A stretch of DNA of 59,321 bases from Candidatus Sumerlaeia bacterium (GCA_033764015.1 JANRJK010000006.1:1-59321); one strand, 5' to 3'. Shown: positions 1 to 12,339, counted from the first letter of the stretch. Notes: generated by a model not told the origin, from the letters alone. A program made the numbers and translations.

Positions 1-68
1 AGCAAATCGTCGACCGACGGCGGCAGCACGAGCAGCTGCTCGCGGTCCATGGGAGCCCAGTTCTTCAT
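1..68 (-). CDS. Transposase N-terminal fragment, IS1182-like (partial, runs off the window)
   Basis: GAGG precedes ATG at 68. Translation MKNWAPMDREQLLVLPPSVDDL matches the typical 'DR.Q..LLPPSL.D' start of IS1182 transposases. Not in the ORF track because it is truncated. Confidence 0.6.
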   Translation of the reverse strand, partial: MKNWAPMDREQLLVLPPSVDDL

Positions 69-140
69 CGCCAATGCCTCGCGCCTCGGGAGCTACCCTC
101 GGGCGAGCGAACGAGGGGCCAAAGTCCGACAGGCTGCTAG
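1..140 (-). mobile_element. Left end of a probable IS1182-family insertion sequence (continues beyond the window start)
   Basis: On the minus strand, CTAGCAGCCTGTCGGACTTT (140 to 121) resembles IS1182/IS5-type termini. About 50 nt further on, a reading frame begins that looks like a transposase N-terminus. Confidence 0.55.
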
Positions 141-452
141 CCGCCTCATTAGGCCGATGGCGGACTGCGCGGCAGAGAGCGGCGCGCGGGCGGATTGCGT
201 GGTGCGGACCGACGGGGCGAGCAGCGCGCCAGCCACCACGCCTTCGCGGGCGTTCGAGGAAAGCGTTCCGTTTGGTGCCGTTGCCGTCATGATCGCCTCG
301 TCCCCCACTCCGCCAAGCTGCGCCGATCCGTCCGCTTCGCGCGAGTGGATCGTGGCGCAACGTGGCAACGCTACACATGCGCGTCGGGGGGTCTCAAGGG
401 GCAACCGCCCGCTGGAGTGGCGCGGTCGACCGACTGGAGCCTAGGGCGGCGG

Positions 453-1184
453 TCACGTTGCGATGCGGTAGCCGACGCCCCGGACCGTTTCGATGAAGTC
501 GGGGGAGGCGCCGGCGTCGGCGAGTTTGGTGCGCAGGCGGCCGATGTAGACGTCGAGGAGGTGCTCGCTCGAGTCGGCTTGGCCGCTCCAGAGGGTGGTC
601 AGGATCTTCTCGCGGGTGCGTACCGCGCCACCCGCGCGCATGAGGTATTCGAGGAGGTCGAACTCGCGGAGCGTGAGGGCGACGGGGGCGTCGTGCACGG
701 TGGCTTGGCGGCGGAGGCGGTGCAGCTTGACGTCGCCGATGGCGAGCTGGGGGTTGAGGACGGGTCCGCTTTCGCCGGCGGGACGGAATCCCGCGCGCCG
801 GAGCAGGGCGCCGGCGCGGGCGGCGAGTTCGCCCGGGTGGAACGGCGCGTCGAGGCAGTCGTCGGCGCCTTGGTTGAGGGCGCGGACGCGGAGGTCGGCG
901 GCGCCGGCGGGCGTGGTGAGGAGGAGCGGGAGCGCGTAGCCGCGGTCGCGGATCTCGGCGATGAGCGCCAAGGGGTCGCGGCCGGGAAGCTCGGCGGCGA
1001 GGATCGCGAGGTCGCACTTGCCGGCGGCGAGGGCGTCGAGCGCTTCCGCCACGGAGGCGGCGTCGGCGAGCAGGTACCCGCGGGCGTCGAGGTCGCGGCG
1101 CGCGGCGGCGGCCGCGGGCCCGGGGGGCGCGGCGAGGAGGACGCGGGGGGTTCTGGTCTGGGGGGCGGGGCCGGGTTTCGCCAT
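453..1184 (-). CDS. OmpR/PhoB-family response regulator with an atypical (pseudo) receiver domain
   Basis: C-terminal winged helix: LTLREFDLLEYLM, LDVYIGRLRTKL, IETVRGVGY. Receiver-like N-terminus. Start taken at MAKPG (1184). Confidence 0.88.
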   Translation of the reverse strand: MAKPGPAPQTRTPRVLLAAPPGPAAAAARRDLDARGYLLADAASVAEALDALAAGKCDLAILAAELPGRDPLALIAEIRDRGYALPLLLTTPAGAADLRVRALNQGADDCLDAPFHPGELAARAGALLRRAGFRPAGESGPVLNPQLAIGDVKLHRLRRQATVHDAPVALTLREFDLLEYLMRAGGAVRTREKILTTLWSGQADSSEHLLDVYIGRLRTKLADAGASPDFIETVRGVGYRIAT

Positions 1185-1270
1185 AGGTCGGGGGTGCGCG
1201 GAGGGTGCGCCGCGGGCCGTGGCGCGGTCCACCGGGAAGTGGGGCCGGGGCGGTTGAAACGAAGGCTTGA

Positions 1271-3949
<2,679 letters not shown>

Positions 3950-3953
3950 CGCC

Positions 3954-3993
3954 CCGGCGCGGCCCCCGCCAAACAGCGCGGGGGCCGCGCCGG
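3954..3993. repeat. GC-rich inverted repeat (16-bp stem) after gyrB
   Basis: CCGGCGCGGCCCCCGC-caaacagc-GCGGGGGCCGCGCCGG, with no U-tract; could be an mRNA-stabilising or terminating hairpin. Confidence 0.55.
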
Positions 3994-4037
3994 TCCCATG
4001 GCAGGAAGCAGCAGACACCTTCCCGAGAGGACCCCAC

Positions 4038-5708
4038 ATGCTTCGTCGACTCGCCACCTGCGCCGCCGCGCTAGCCATCGCCGCGGCCGCCCCTGCGCAA
4101 ATGCCCTTCGAACCGGTCCCGGGATCGGACATGGTGCAGACATCCGACTTCGGCTCGCTTCCGCGCGAGATCGTCTGGAAGAAGGATGGCGCGCGCATGG
4201 TGCTGATCCCCGGCGGCGAATCCACGCTGGGCCGTCCACGGGGCCTCGGCGTGGGGCCGGACGAGTCGCCGGAGGTGCAGGTGACGCTGCCGACCTTCTA
4301 CATCGACAAGTTCGAGGTCTCGAACGACCAGTACCGGCGCTTCGCCGAGGAGGTCGGCGCGACGCGGAGCGCGCAGCTTCCCGACTCGGGGCTGACCGCC
4401 CCCGACCAGCCGGTGACGGCGATCACCTGGGGCGCGGCGAGCGAGTTCGCGCGCTGGGCGCAGCGCGAGCTCCCCACGGAGGCGATGTGGGAGAAGGCCG
4501 CGCGCGGCCCGGGCGGCGACCTCTTCACCACCGGCTCCGAACCCGACTTCTCCAAGATCGTCGCCAACGCGGGACGCACCCCCAGTGTTCCGGTCTCGAA
4601 GGACACCGGCGACATTAGCGGCTACGGCGTGTTCCACATGTCGGGAAACGTGCGCGAGTGGGTTTACGACTTCTACGGGACGGACTCCTACGCCACAGCG
4701 CAGCGGGAAAACCCCCGCGGACCGGCCGACGGCATCACGCGCTCGGTGCGCGGCGGTTCGTACCAGCTCCGCCAAGTGCCGTCGGAGGTGGCGCTCACCA
4801 AGCGCTCCTCGGTGACGCCGACGGAGACGCGCGACGACCTCGGGTTCCGCACCGTGTTCGTGCTGCGCCGCGCCGGCACGCCGACGCCGACGCCGGTGCC
4901 GACGCCCAAGCCTGTCGTGTTCGACCGGATGGAGGCGGTGGCGTCGACGGTCGCGCTGTTGAACGAGCGGCAGGCGTTCGATCGGCGGCTGCCGGACGGC
5001 ATCCCGCGCGTTTCCCCAGCGGACCGCGGGGCGACGCCGCTCGCGAACTTCTCACCCTACGACGTGCGCGTCGCGTTCATCGGCGCGAATGGCGGCGTCG
5101 CCGCGTTCGGCGACATGATCCCGGCGGGGCAGGCGCTCCTGATCGGAATCCCGACCCTTCCGCAAGGCGAGCGCGTGCATTTCGCCGCCTCGCCGGTCGC
5201 ACCGGAGAAGACGGGCGACTGGCGGCTGATCGGCGAGGCATCGCCGGCCGACGGCCTGGTGGGCATCCTGGAAGGTCCCCTCTTCGCGGAGGTCCGGGAC
5301 TTGACGGGCAAGCCGCTGGCGCCGACGGGCCGCACGGAGCCGCGCTTCTTCTACGGCGACAGCTACCGCGCGCAGTGGGACGAGGTGGACCTGCATTCCT
5401 CGGTGAAGCTGCCCCTGCTCGTGACGTTGACGCGGGGCGCGGAAACGATCGAGGTGCCGCTCGAGGAGGGTCACTTCCTCACGGGCAAGCTGACGCCGGG
5501 CGACTACCGCGTGGAAGCGGTTTACCTTGGCACGACGGACCCGGCGATGGAGCCGATGGTGCTGAAGGTGGACGACGGCGCGATCCGGCGGCAGTTGCGG
5601 TTCTCCGAGGACACGGCGAACACGAAGCGGATCCGAGTGTTCACCCGCAACGCGCCGATGGTGAAGCTCTCCATCGTCGCGCCGAAGCTGCCGACGGCGA
5701 AGCCGTGA
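4038..5708 (+). CDS. Secreted SUMF1/FGE-sulfatase-domain protein with Pro/Thr linker and unknown C-terminal domain
   Basis: Signal peptide; MVLIPGG, FYIDKFEVSNDQY, LPTEAMWEKAARG, MSGNVREWV, RGGSY, DLGFR; PTPTPVPTP linker. Confidence 0.88.
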   Translation: MLRRLATCAAALAIAAAAPAQMPFEPVPGSDMVQTSDFGSLPREIVWKKDGARMVLIPGGESTLGRPRGLGVGPDESPEVQVTLPTFYIDKFEVSNDQYRRFAEEVGATRSAQLPDSGLTAPDQPVTAITWGAASEFARWAQRELPTEAMWEKAARGPGGDLFTTGSEPDFSKIVANAGRTPSVPVSKDTGDISGYGVFHMSGNVREWVYDFYGTDSYATAQRENPRGPADGITRSVRGGSYQLRQVPSEVALTKRSSVTPTETRDDLGFRTVFVLRRAGTPTPTPVPTPKPVVFDRMEAVASTVALLNERQAFDRRLPDGIPRVSPADRGATPLANFSPYDVRVAFIGANGGVAAFGDMIPAGQALLIGIPTLPQGERVHFAASPVAPEKTGDWRLIGEASPADGLVGILEGPLFAEVRDLTGKPLAPTGRTEPRFFYGDSYRAQWDEVDLHSSVKLPLLVTLTRGAETIEVPLEEGHFLTGKLTPGDYRVEAVYLGTTDPAMEPMVLKVDDGAIRRQLRFSEDTANTKRIRVFTRNAPMVKLSIVAPKLPTAKP

Positions 5709-5758
5709 GGCGTCGTTTTCCGTTGCCGGACCGGCACGCCTGTCGCATTAGGTTCTCC

Positions 5759-5940
5759 GACACCTGCGACGTTCGACAGACTCTGGACGTCCTTGTACCG
5801 ATAATTCTCTTGAGGGGTGCTTCTATTCCGGCGGCGTGAAGCCCGCGGCCACCGCGGAGCCATCAAGGCCGGAAGCTTATAGCGCCCCCCCTGTACCCTA
5901 GGGTTCAAGAGACTCAAGAGGTCACCGGCGGAGCGGGGTC
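5759..5940 (+). ncRNA. ssrS: 6S RNA
   Basis: About 180-nt intergenic element whose ends can pair (GACACCTGC...GCGGGGTC). Carries 6S-like blocks GTTCG, CCTTGTACCGATAATT and CCTGTACCCTAGGGTTCAAGAG, and is followed by a terminator. Confidence 0.8.
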
Positions 5941-5947
5941 GTCTTTC

Positions 5948-5986
5948 CGGGGCGGAGGTCCGATCGGGCCTCCGCCCCGTTTCTTT
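5948..5986 (+). terminator. Intrinsic terminator after the 6S RNA
   Basis: CGGGGCGGAGGTCC-gatc-GGGCCTCCGCCCCG followed by TTTCTTT. Confidence 0.8.
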
Positions 5987-6079
5987 GCCGCGCCAGCCCT
6001 TTCCGGTTGCCGGGCCGGGCTGCGGCGCGCAAAATCATCCTGCGAAGTCGCACCCGCATCCCGCCCGCAAGGCTCCGAC

Positions 6080-7219
6080 ATGGCGCTCCCCGTCCTCCAC
6101 CAGATCCGCAACGGCCTCGAATTCCGCCGCGCCTACGCCGAGAACCGCGGCCAAAGCGTGTCGTTCCTCATCATGCAGGTCACCAAGGCGTGCAACTGCC
6201 GTTGCGAGATGTGCAGCATCTGGGCGATGGACCACAGCAACGAGCTGACCACGGATGAGTTCGAGAAGGTCTTCAAGGACCCGCTCTTCCGCGACCTCGA
6301 GGTGCTCTCGCTGACCGGCGGCGAGCCGTTCATCCGCAAGGATTTCGCCGACATCTGCCGCCTCGCGCAGGAGAACCTCCCGAAGCTGAAGGTGATCTCG
6401 TGCCCGTCGAACGGCGTGCTCGGGAACCTCATCATGCCGGCGATGCACAAGATCCTCGAGTCGATCCGCCCCGACGTCTTCTTCAAGCTCGGCATCTCGA
6501 TCGACGGCTTCGAGGAGGCGCACAACAAGGTGCGCGGCATCCCGACCGCCTACAAGCGCGCGCTCGACACCTTCGAGAAGCTCTCCCAGATCAAGCACCC
6601 GAACTTCGACTGCGGCATCCTCTCGCTCATCGTGAAGGAGACCATCCCGCACCTCGACCAGGTGCACGAGCACTTCTCGAAGTACACCGAGCACCAGACG
6701 TACACGCTGCTCATGATCGCCGATTTCTTCGGCAACAACGGCGACATCCAGGACTACACGGCGGAGGAGAAGGAGCAGATCCGGCGCTTCTTCCTCAAGC
6801 TCATGGAGCTGCAGCCGCAGAAGTCGTACCTCTACCACAACTCGATGAAGCAGATGGAGAACGGGAAGCGGAACTACCCGTGCGTGGCGGGCTACCGCAC
6901 GGCGTACATCGACAGCTTCGGCGCGCTCTTCCCCTGCCACTACCTCCCGGAGGGCGACTACCGCATCGGCTCGATCCGCGACGCGGCGACGCTCGAGAGC
7001 GCCTGGTTCAGCGACCACGCGAACAAGCTGCGCGAGAAGATGAAGACGTCGCCGGTGTGCGCCACCTGCTCGAACAATTGCGACATGATCAACACGGTGC
7101 GCGAGGAGTTCTTCGACTTCGCAAAGTACTCCTTCGTCCACCCGCTGCAGACGCTGAAGGGCATCGCGACCACGGTCGGGAACCCGAAGCTGGCGAAGCG
7201 CTACACGCTGACGGGCTGA
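6080..7219 (+). CDS. Radical SAM protein with SPASM/twitch domain
   Basis: CNCRCEMC (CxxxCxxC), TGGEPF, ISIDG; C-terminal PCVAG...GALFPC...CATCSNNC. Confidence 0.92.
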   Translation: MALPVLHQIRNGLEFRRAYAENRGQSVSFLIMQVTKACNCRCEMCSIWAMDHSNELTTDEFEKVFKDPLFRDLEVLSLTGGEPFIRKDFADICRLAQENLPKLKVISCPSNGVLGNLIMPAMHKILESIRPDVFFKLGISIDGFEEAHNKVRGIPTAYKRALDTFEKLSQIKHPNFDCGILSLIVKETIPHLDQVHEHFSKYTEHQTYTLLMIADFFGNNGDIQDYTAEEKEQIRRFFLKLMELQPQKSYLYHNSMKQMENGKRNYPCVAGYRTAYIDSFGALFPCHYLPEGDYRIGSIRDAATLESAWFSDHANKLREKMKTSPVCATCSNNCDMINTVREEFFDFAKYSFVHPLQTLKGIATTVGNPKLAKRYTLTG

Positions 7220-7247
7220 CCGCCGGCGCTCCCCCGCCCGTGAATGC

Positions 7248-7281
7248 GAACCGCCGCGGAGCGCTTGCTCCGCGGCGGTTC
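7248..7281. terminator. Hairpin between convergent genes (probable terminator)
   Basis: GAACCGCCGCGGAGC-gctt-GCTCCGCGGCGGTTC, a perfect 15-bp stem. Confidence 0.7.
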
Positions 7282-7305
7282 CGTTTCCGGCGCCCGGGTG
7301 CGGGG

Positions 7306-10300
7306 CTACATCGCGGTGCCGACGAAGACTACGAGCGGCCACTCCATCGGGAAGGTCTCGCCGCCTCCGGAAATGGTGTAGTGCGCGCGGACTTCGAACA
7401 CGACGAAGCCGTTGATCGAGGCCGCCGGAATGCGGAAGGTGCCGTCGCCGCTATTGACCGTGGAGACCGGTACCGCCGTGTCGCCGACGATTTCGAGAAT
7501 CGTGAGCGAGTAATTGTCGAGTCCGGCGACGGTGTGGGTGGTGCCGGTGCCGGGATCCGTCCAGGACGTGTTCGAAAGGGTCACCGGCGCGCGCACCGTG
7601 ATCGTCGCCGCGGCGTCCTCCCAGAGGACCGCGCCCGCATAGACGTAGATCGGATCGAAGAACTGCGCATCGAGGTTGGACGCCGCGGGCAGGTCGATCG
7701 ATGCGTTCTGGAGTTGGAGGATCGGGAACTGGTTGTTGCCGAGGAAGGAGCCCTTGATGTCCGCGGCGGGAAGGTTGAGCGTCAGGTCCTCGAGCAGCGC
7801 GAGTTGCACCGTCGCGGTGATCGGCGGCTTCACCGGGTTCTCGTCGTGCGCGTCGTTCACGACAAGCGCGAGGACGCGCCCGCCCTGCTGGGCGAGGATT
7901 TCGGACGGGTTTGTCACGAGGTAGCGGCTAACGCCGTTCAGGACCGGCGCGGATCCGAGCCACTCGGGGTCCTGTCCGCTCTGCGACTTCAAGGCGTGCA
8001 GCAGGATGTTCGAGGTGCCATCCACGCGCATGCCGAGGCGCTGGGTGGGGCGCAGGTTCGGAACGAACGCGGGCGAGGCATAGGCTGCGTGGATGCGCGC
8101 GGAGAGCGAGGGCAGGTCTTCGGTGACGCTCTTGTAGTTCAGGCCCGTGTCGATACGGAGCGTACGCTTGTTCGTCGGGATGACGAGCGACGAGTCGGGG
8201 GAGGGCGGCGCGTAGAGGTCGCCTTCGAGCAGTTCCGCGTAGAACTGCGGCACCCAGAACATGGAAGCGTCGCCGGAGGCGGAGGCGACGGCGCGCACCC
8301 AGGAGCGTCCGGCGCGGATTTCCTCGTACATCTTGCGGATGGCGGCGGAGCTTTGCCGCTGCTCGATGAACTTCGCGAGGGAAGCGAAGCCGTAGCCTTG
8401 GTTCTGGTGCGTCTTCGGGGCGTTGTCGACGGTGACGCTTGGCCACCAGCCGGCGGAGTCGAACGGCGCCAGCCAGTTGGAGGACGTGACCGAGGAGACG
8501 TAGGTGTCGGGCGAGGCGGCGCCGAACTTCTCGGCCCAGACGGCGGTGGCCTCGTCGAGGAGCAGGTTCGGCGATGGGTACTTCGCCTTCGAGAAGCGGT
8601 TGCGCGGGTCGTACCAGGACTGGACCGCGTGGAAGAACTCGTGGAAGGCGGTGGCGCGGCGCTCGTCGGCTAGCGACAGCTTCAGGTTGTTGAAGTCGAT
8701 GCCGCCGTAGTTGTTGCCGCGGATCGAGTTGTACTGCTCGCCGAAGACGGTCGAGTCCATCTCCTTCACGATAACCTCGAAGGGCCAGCGCGTGCGGGGC
8801 GAGAAGTCCATGCCGAGCGTGTTCTTGAAGGCGTTGTAGGCGTCTTCGAGGTCGTCGGCGAGGCCCTCGACGAGCTGCGTGTCGATGCTGCTCGGGAAGC
8901 AGACCTGGAAGTGAGCGGTGGTGTAGTAGCTGTGCCCGCCGAGCACCGCGATGCCGAAGCTGTAGGTGCCGTCGTGCGTGGCGCGTGTCTCGGATCGGCC
9001 GCCGGGCGGATCGATGACGCCTTCCATGTGGGGCCATACATTCGACGTGAGGTCGAGGCGGCGGAAATAGTTCGACTCGGCGGTGCGCGAGCTGGAGAAG
9101 CCCGGCTCGCCGATGTAGAGTTCGGGGAGGTACGAGGGATTGTCGCGGTTGTCGCGCACGCGGAGTTGGAGCGGCGCGTCGAAGTCCTCCGGGATGCCGG
9201 TGATGATGCGGAGCGGCCCTTGGCCGATGACGCCGTTCCAGCCGAACGGGTGCTCGTCGCTGTGGATGATGCGGACGATGGCGCGCTGGCCGTCGATGGC
9301 GCCGGGCGGGATCGTCAGGCGGACGTTCTCCCACTCGACCGTGCCGCCTTCGCTGCCGACGTTGATGATGCCTTCGGGCAGGTCGGCGATCGGGACGCCA
9401 AGGACGCCACGAGCGAGAGGGGGCGCGTCGGCGGTGGTGACGGAGCCGTCGAAGTTCGCGTCCGCGACGGCGGGATCGGGAGAGGCCTGGCCCGCGGCCA
9501 TGCGGAGCGCGCGGACCACGTCGGCGGCGTCGGCGATGCGGTCCTTGTTGGCGTCGCCGAGCGCGAACGCGGGGTTGCCGACGGGCACGGGCGCGGAGAC
9601 TTCGTCGCTCCACGGGCCGACAGCACCGGCGGGGTCGATGGCGCGGACGGCGGCGTAGTAGGTACCCTTGGGCAGGTTGCGCAGGTGGTAGCCGTTCGGG
9701 AGGCCGCCGGACTGGCGGAAGCGCGTCTGGCCGGTGCCGCCGTTCCCGCTCACGATGTCGTCAGCGCCGGGGCGCGTGCCCGCGCGGAGCTGGTAGCGGA
9801 GCTGCGCCGCGGGCGACGTGTCGTCGGTGCCGTCCTCCCACTCGATGTCGAGGCTGCCCGCCTCCGGCCGGGGAGTCATGGCGATGGTCTGCGGCGGGAT
9901 CGGCGGCAGGTTCGGCCTGTTCAGCAGGTCTGCGGAGGTGTTGGGCGAGTAATAGAGCTTGCGTTGCCCGATGTTCGTGCTGAAGGCGCCGCCGTAAACG
10001 AGGTCGAGGTCGCCGTCGCCATCGAAGTCGGCGCTGTCGATGGAGCCCCAGCCCAGCGGGGTCTTCACAGGGACGGCGTCGTGGAAAGTGCCGTCGGAGC
10101 GCTGGTAGTAGCCGTGCATCGTTGGCGTGTGGGTCGTGAAGGCGCCGCCGGTGGAGATGATTCCGCTTACGAGGAGGTCGAGGCGCCCGTCGCTGTTCAT
10201 GTCGCCCCAATGGAGCGTCGGGTAGGTGCAGCTATCGAGCGTGTGCTCGTGGGTGAAGACTCCGGCGCCATCGTTGCGCCAGAGGCGGACGACTGCCTTG

Positions 10301-12261
10301 ATCAGCCAGGTGCCGTTCGGTTGCTGGATCCAATCGACGCCGGTGGCCGCGGCGTCCATGAGACCGTCGCCGTTGTAGTCGCCCCAGGAGTGGGCCTCGT
10401 TCGCGTCGAACGGGAAGGGCGTGAAGGTGCCGTCGCCATTGTTGCGCCCGCCCGCGACGTCCCAGTCGCCGTCGAGGTCCGCGTCGGCGGGGCCGTTCGT
10501 GTAGTTGGCGGTGTCGGGAAGTACGATGCCGAGGTCGGCGAAGCGCCCGCCGCCGGCGTTGCGGTGCACGCTGCGCCCCGCGACGAGGTCCAGCCGCCCG
10601 TCGCGATCCCAGTCCACCCAGAAGGCGTAGGGGTAGTTGGCGCCGTCGTGTTCGATGAAGACGGATTCTTCGCGGAAGACGCCGTTGCCGGTGTTCCTAA
10701 GCACGCGGTAACCCCACAGTCCGTCGAAGTAGCCACCGACGGCGAGGTCGGGGAGGCCGTCCTGGTTGTAGTCGCCGAAGTTGGCGCTGTACCAGAAGCC
10801 GGGCACGACGGTGCCGACGGTGGTGAACACTCCCCCGCCGTCGTTGCGGATGATCGAGCCGTTGGCGGCGATGTCGAGGTCGCCGTCGCCGTCCCAGTCG
10901 GCGAGCGCGGTGCTCGCGTTGTACTGGCTGGTGCCGAGTTCTGTGGTCTGGTCGAAGAGCGAGATCGCGGGCTGGTAAAGATTTGTGAGGGGCGAGCCCA
11001 CGAAGTCCTCGGTGTAGATCGGGAATCCGTCGGCTTCGCGGACGGCGGCGCCGGGGAACTCGAGGGCGAATCGGCGGAGGATGCCGTTCGTCACCGTACC
11101 GAACTGTGGAAGATACACGTCGGTGACTTGAAGGTACCAGTTCTCGAGTTCCGGGTCGAAGATGTCAGTGACGTCGACGGCGAGCTCAATGTCGTACATC
11201 CACAACCGGTGCGGCACGAGGTCGACGGCTGGTGTCGCGGGGCTGTTGACCCTTCCGCCGTACATGCCCATCGACATCTCGATGGGCCGGGGGTGGGAGA
11301 ATGAGAGTTCGACAAAGGCCTGCGGCGTGTAGGCGTGCCGGTCGTTCAGCACATAGAACGGCCAGTAGGTCGCGCCGAGGCTGTTCTGGAAGTAGTCGTA
11401 GGCGACCCAGATGTAGCCACGTTCGCCGTCGCTCTCGGGGACGGAGACGCCCCAGTTGGTGCCCCAGGAGTTGACGATCAGGAACGCACCGGAGCGCGTC
11501 TCGGTGCCGTTGAAGTACGTTTTGTTGTCGTCGTAGCCGACGATGCAGAGCGCGTGCTCCGCGCGGCGTGTGGAGTTGTCCGGTGCGTAGAGCACCTCAT
11601 TGTCCGTGCAGGCGCCAGGGTCGGGGCTGTACCAGTAATAGGCGTCGAAGTTCGCGTAGACCGACATGCCTGTCGCGAGCAGCTCGCCGGAGGCGAGCAG
11701 CGCCTTCGCCTGCACCAGTCCTTCCGGAGAGGCGGAGTCGATGGTGGAGAAGGACGCGGCGCGGTTCGCGGCGGCGGCCTTCCACTCGGCGATTGTGGGC
11801 GTCTGGGTGACGTCGCCGGTTTCGGGGAAGTCGTCGTAGGCGCAAGTGCCGTAGCGGGTGAGGAATCCCAGATTCGACTCGAAGCTGCTGCCGTCGAAGG
11901 CGCCGGAAGCCCTGACGAAGTTGTAGCTGAAGGCGGGACTGAGGCGCGCTTCGGGAGGCAGGGGGCGAGTCCAGCCGCGCTCGCGGGCTTCCTGGTAGCT
12001 CTTAAGGTAATAGCAGGTGGCCCAGGAGGTGCAGGAGCCGATCACCTGAAGGCCGACCGGGGGAAGGTGCGCAACGTTGACGACGCGGGAAGGAAGCGGG
12101 TCTCGGCGCTGGGGCAGGACGATGGGCGCGGCGTTCTTCTGGCGCCAGGCGACCTCCTCTTCCGTCGGCGGCAGAAGCCCCGCGGGGCGCGGGGTCTGGG
12201 CGGGGATGACCGCCGCGGCAACGAGCGCGGCAAGCACAGGCAGGAGGAGGCGGGAAGACAC
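7306..12261 (-). CDS. Large secreted multidomain protein: papain-like C1A peptidase, FG-GAP/VCBS repeats, FN3-like, dockerin-like, ZU5-like, HExxH metallopeptidase
   Basis: Signal peptide; QVIGSCTSWA, HALCIVGY, NSWG; repeated D(W/F/Y)DGDGDLD; GDANKDRIADAAD and DANFDGSVTTAD pair; GGTV...LTIPPGAI; HEFFH followed by DEATAVWAE. Confidence 0.85.
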   Translation of the reverse strand: MSSRLLLPVLAALVAAAVIPAQTPRPAGLLPPTEEEVAWRQKNAAPIVLPQRRDPLPSRVVNVAHLPPVGLQVIGSCTSWATCYYLKSYQEARERGWTRPLPPEARLSPAFSYNFVRASGAFDGSSFESNLGFLTRYGTCAYDDFPETGDVTQTPTIAEWKAAAANRAASFSTIDSASPEGLVQAKALLASGELLATGMSVYANFDAYYWYSPDPGACTDNEVLYAPDNSTRRAEHALCIVGYDDNKTYFNGTETRSGAFLIVNSWGTNWGVSVPESDGERGYIWVAYDYFQNSLGATYWPFYVLNDRHAYTPQAFVELSFSHPRPIEMSMGMYGGRVNSPATPAVDLVPHRLWMYDIELAVDVTDIFDPELENWYLQVTDVYLPQFGTVTNGILRRFALEFPGAAVREADGFPIYTEDFVGSPLTNLYQPAISLFDQTTELGTSQYNASTALADWDGDGDLDIAANGSIIRNDGGGVFTTVGTVVPGFWYSANFGDYNQDGLPDLAVGGYFDGLWGYRVLRNTGNGVFREESVFIEHDGANYPYAFWVDWDRDGRLDLVAGRSVHRNAGGGRFADLGIVLPDTANYTNGPADADLDGDWDVAGGRNNGDGTFTPFPFDANEAHSWGDYNGDGLMDAAATGVDWIQQPNGTWLIKAVVRLWRNDGAGVFTHEHTLDSCTYPTLHWGDMNSDGRLDLLVSGIISTGGAFTTHTPTMHGYYQRSDGTFHDAVPVKTPLGWGSIDSADFDGDGDLDLVYGGAFSTNIGQRKLYYSPNTSADLLNRPNLPPIPPQTIAMTPRPEAGSLDIEWEDGTDDTSPAAQLRYQLRAGTRPGADDIVSGNGGTGQTRFRQSGGLPNGYHLRNLPKGTYYAAVRAIDPAGAVGPWSDEVSAPVPVGNPAFALGDANKDRIADAADVVRALRMAAGQASPDPAVADANFDGSVTTADAPPLARGVLGVPIADLPEGIINVGSEGGTVEWENVRLTIPPGAIDGQRAIVRIIHSDEHPFGWNGVIGQGPLRIITGIPEDFDAPLQLRVRDNRDNPSYLPELYIGEPGFSSSRTAESNYFRRLDLTSNVWPHMEGVIDPPGGRSETRATHDGTYSFGIAVLGGHSYYTTAHFQVCFPSSIDTQLVEGLADDLEDAYNAFKNTLGMDFSPRTRWPFEVIVKEMDSTVFGEQYNSIRGNNYGGIDFNNLKLSLADERRATAFHEFFHAVQSWYDPRNRFSKAKYPSPNLLLDEATAVWAEKFGAASPDTYVSSVTSSNWLAPFDSAGWWPSVTVDNAPKTHQNQGYGFASLAKFIEQRQSSAAIRKMYEEIRAGRSWVRAVASASGDASMFWVPQFYAELLEGDLYAPPSPDSSLVIPTNKRTLRIDTGLNYKSVTEDLPSLSARIHAAYASPAFVPNLRPTQRLGMRVDGTSNILLHALKSQSGQDPEWLGSAPVLNGVSRYLVTNPSEILAQQGGRVLALVVNDAHDENPVKPPITATVQLALLEDLTLNLPAADIKGSFLGNNQFPILQLQNASIDLPAASNLDAQFFDPIYVYAGAVLWEDAAATITVRAPVTLSNTSWTDPGTGTTHTVAGLDNYSLTILEIVGDTAVPVSTVNSGDGTFRIPAASINGFVVFEVRAHYTISGGGETFPMEWPLVVFVGTAM

Positions 12262-12339
12262 GGAACGGCACCTCGCCGGAGGCGTTCGGCCACAAGCACC
12301 TTATGGGTTATCCGTTTTAGCCCAATGGTGCAAGGCGAT

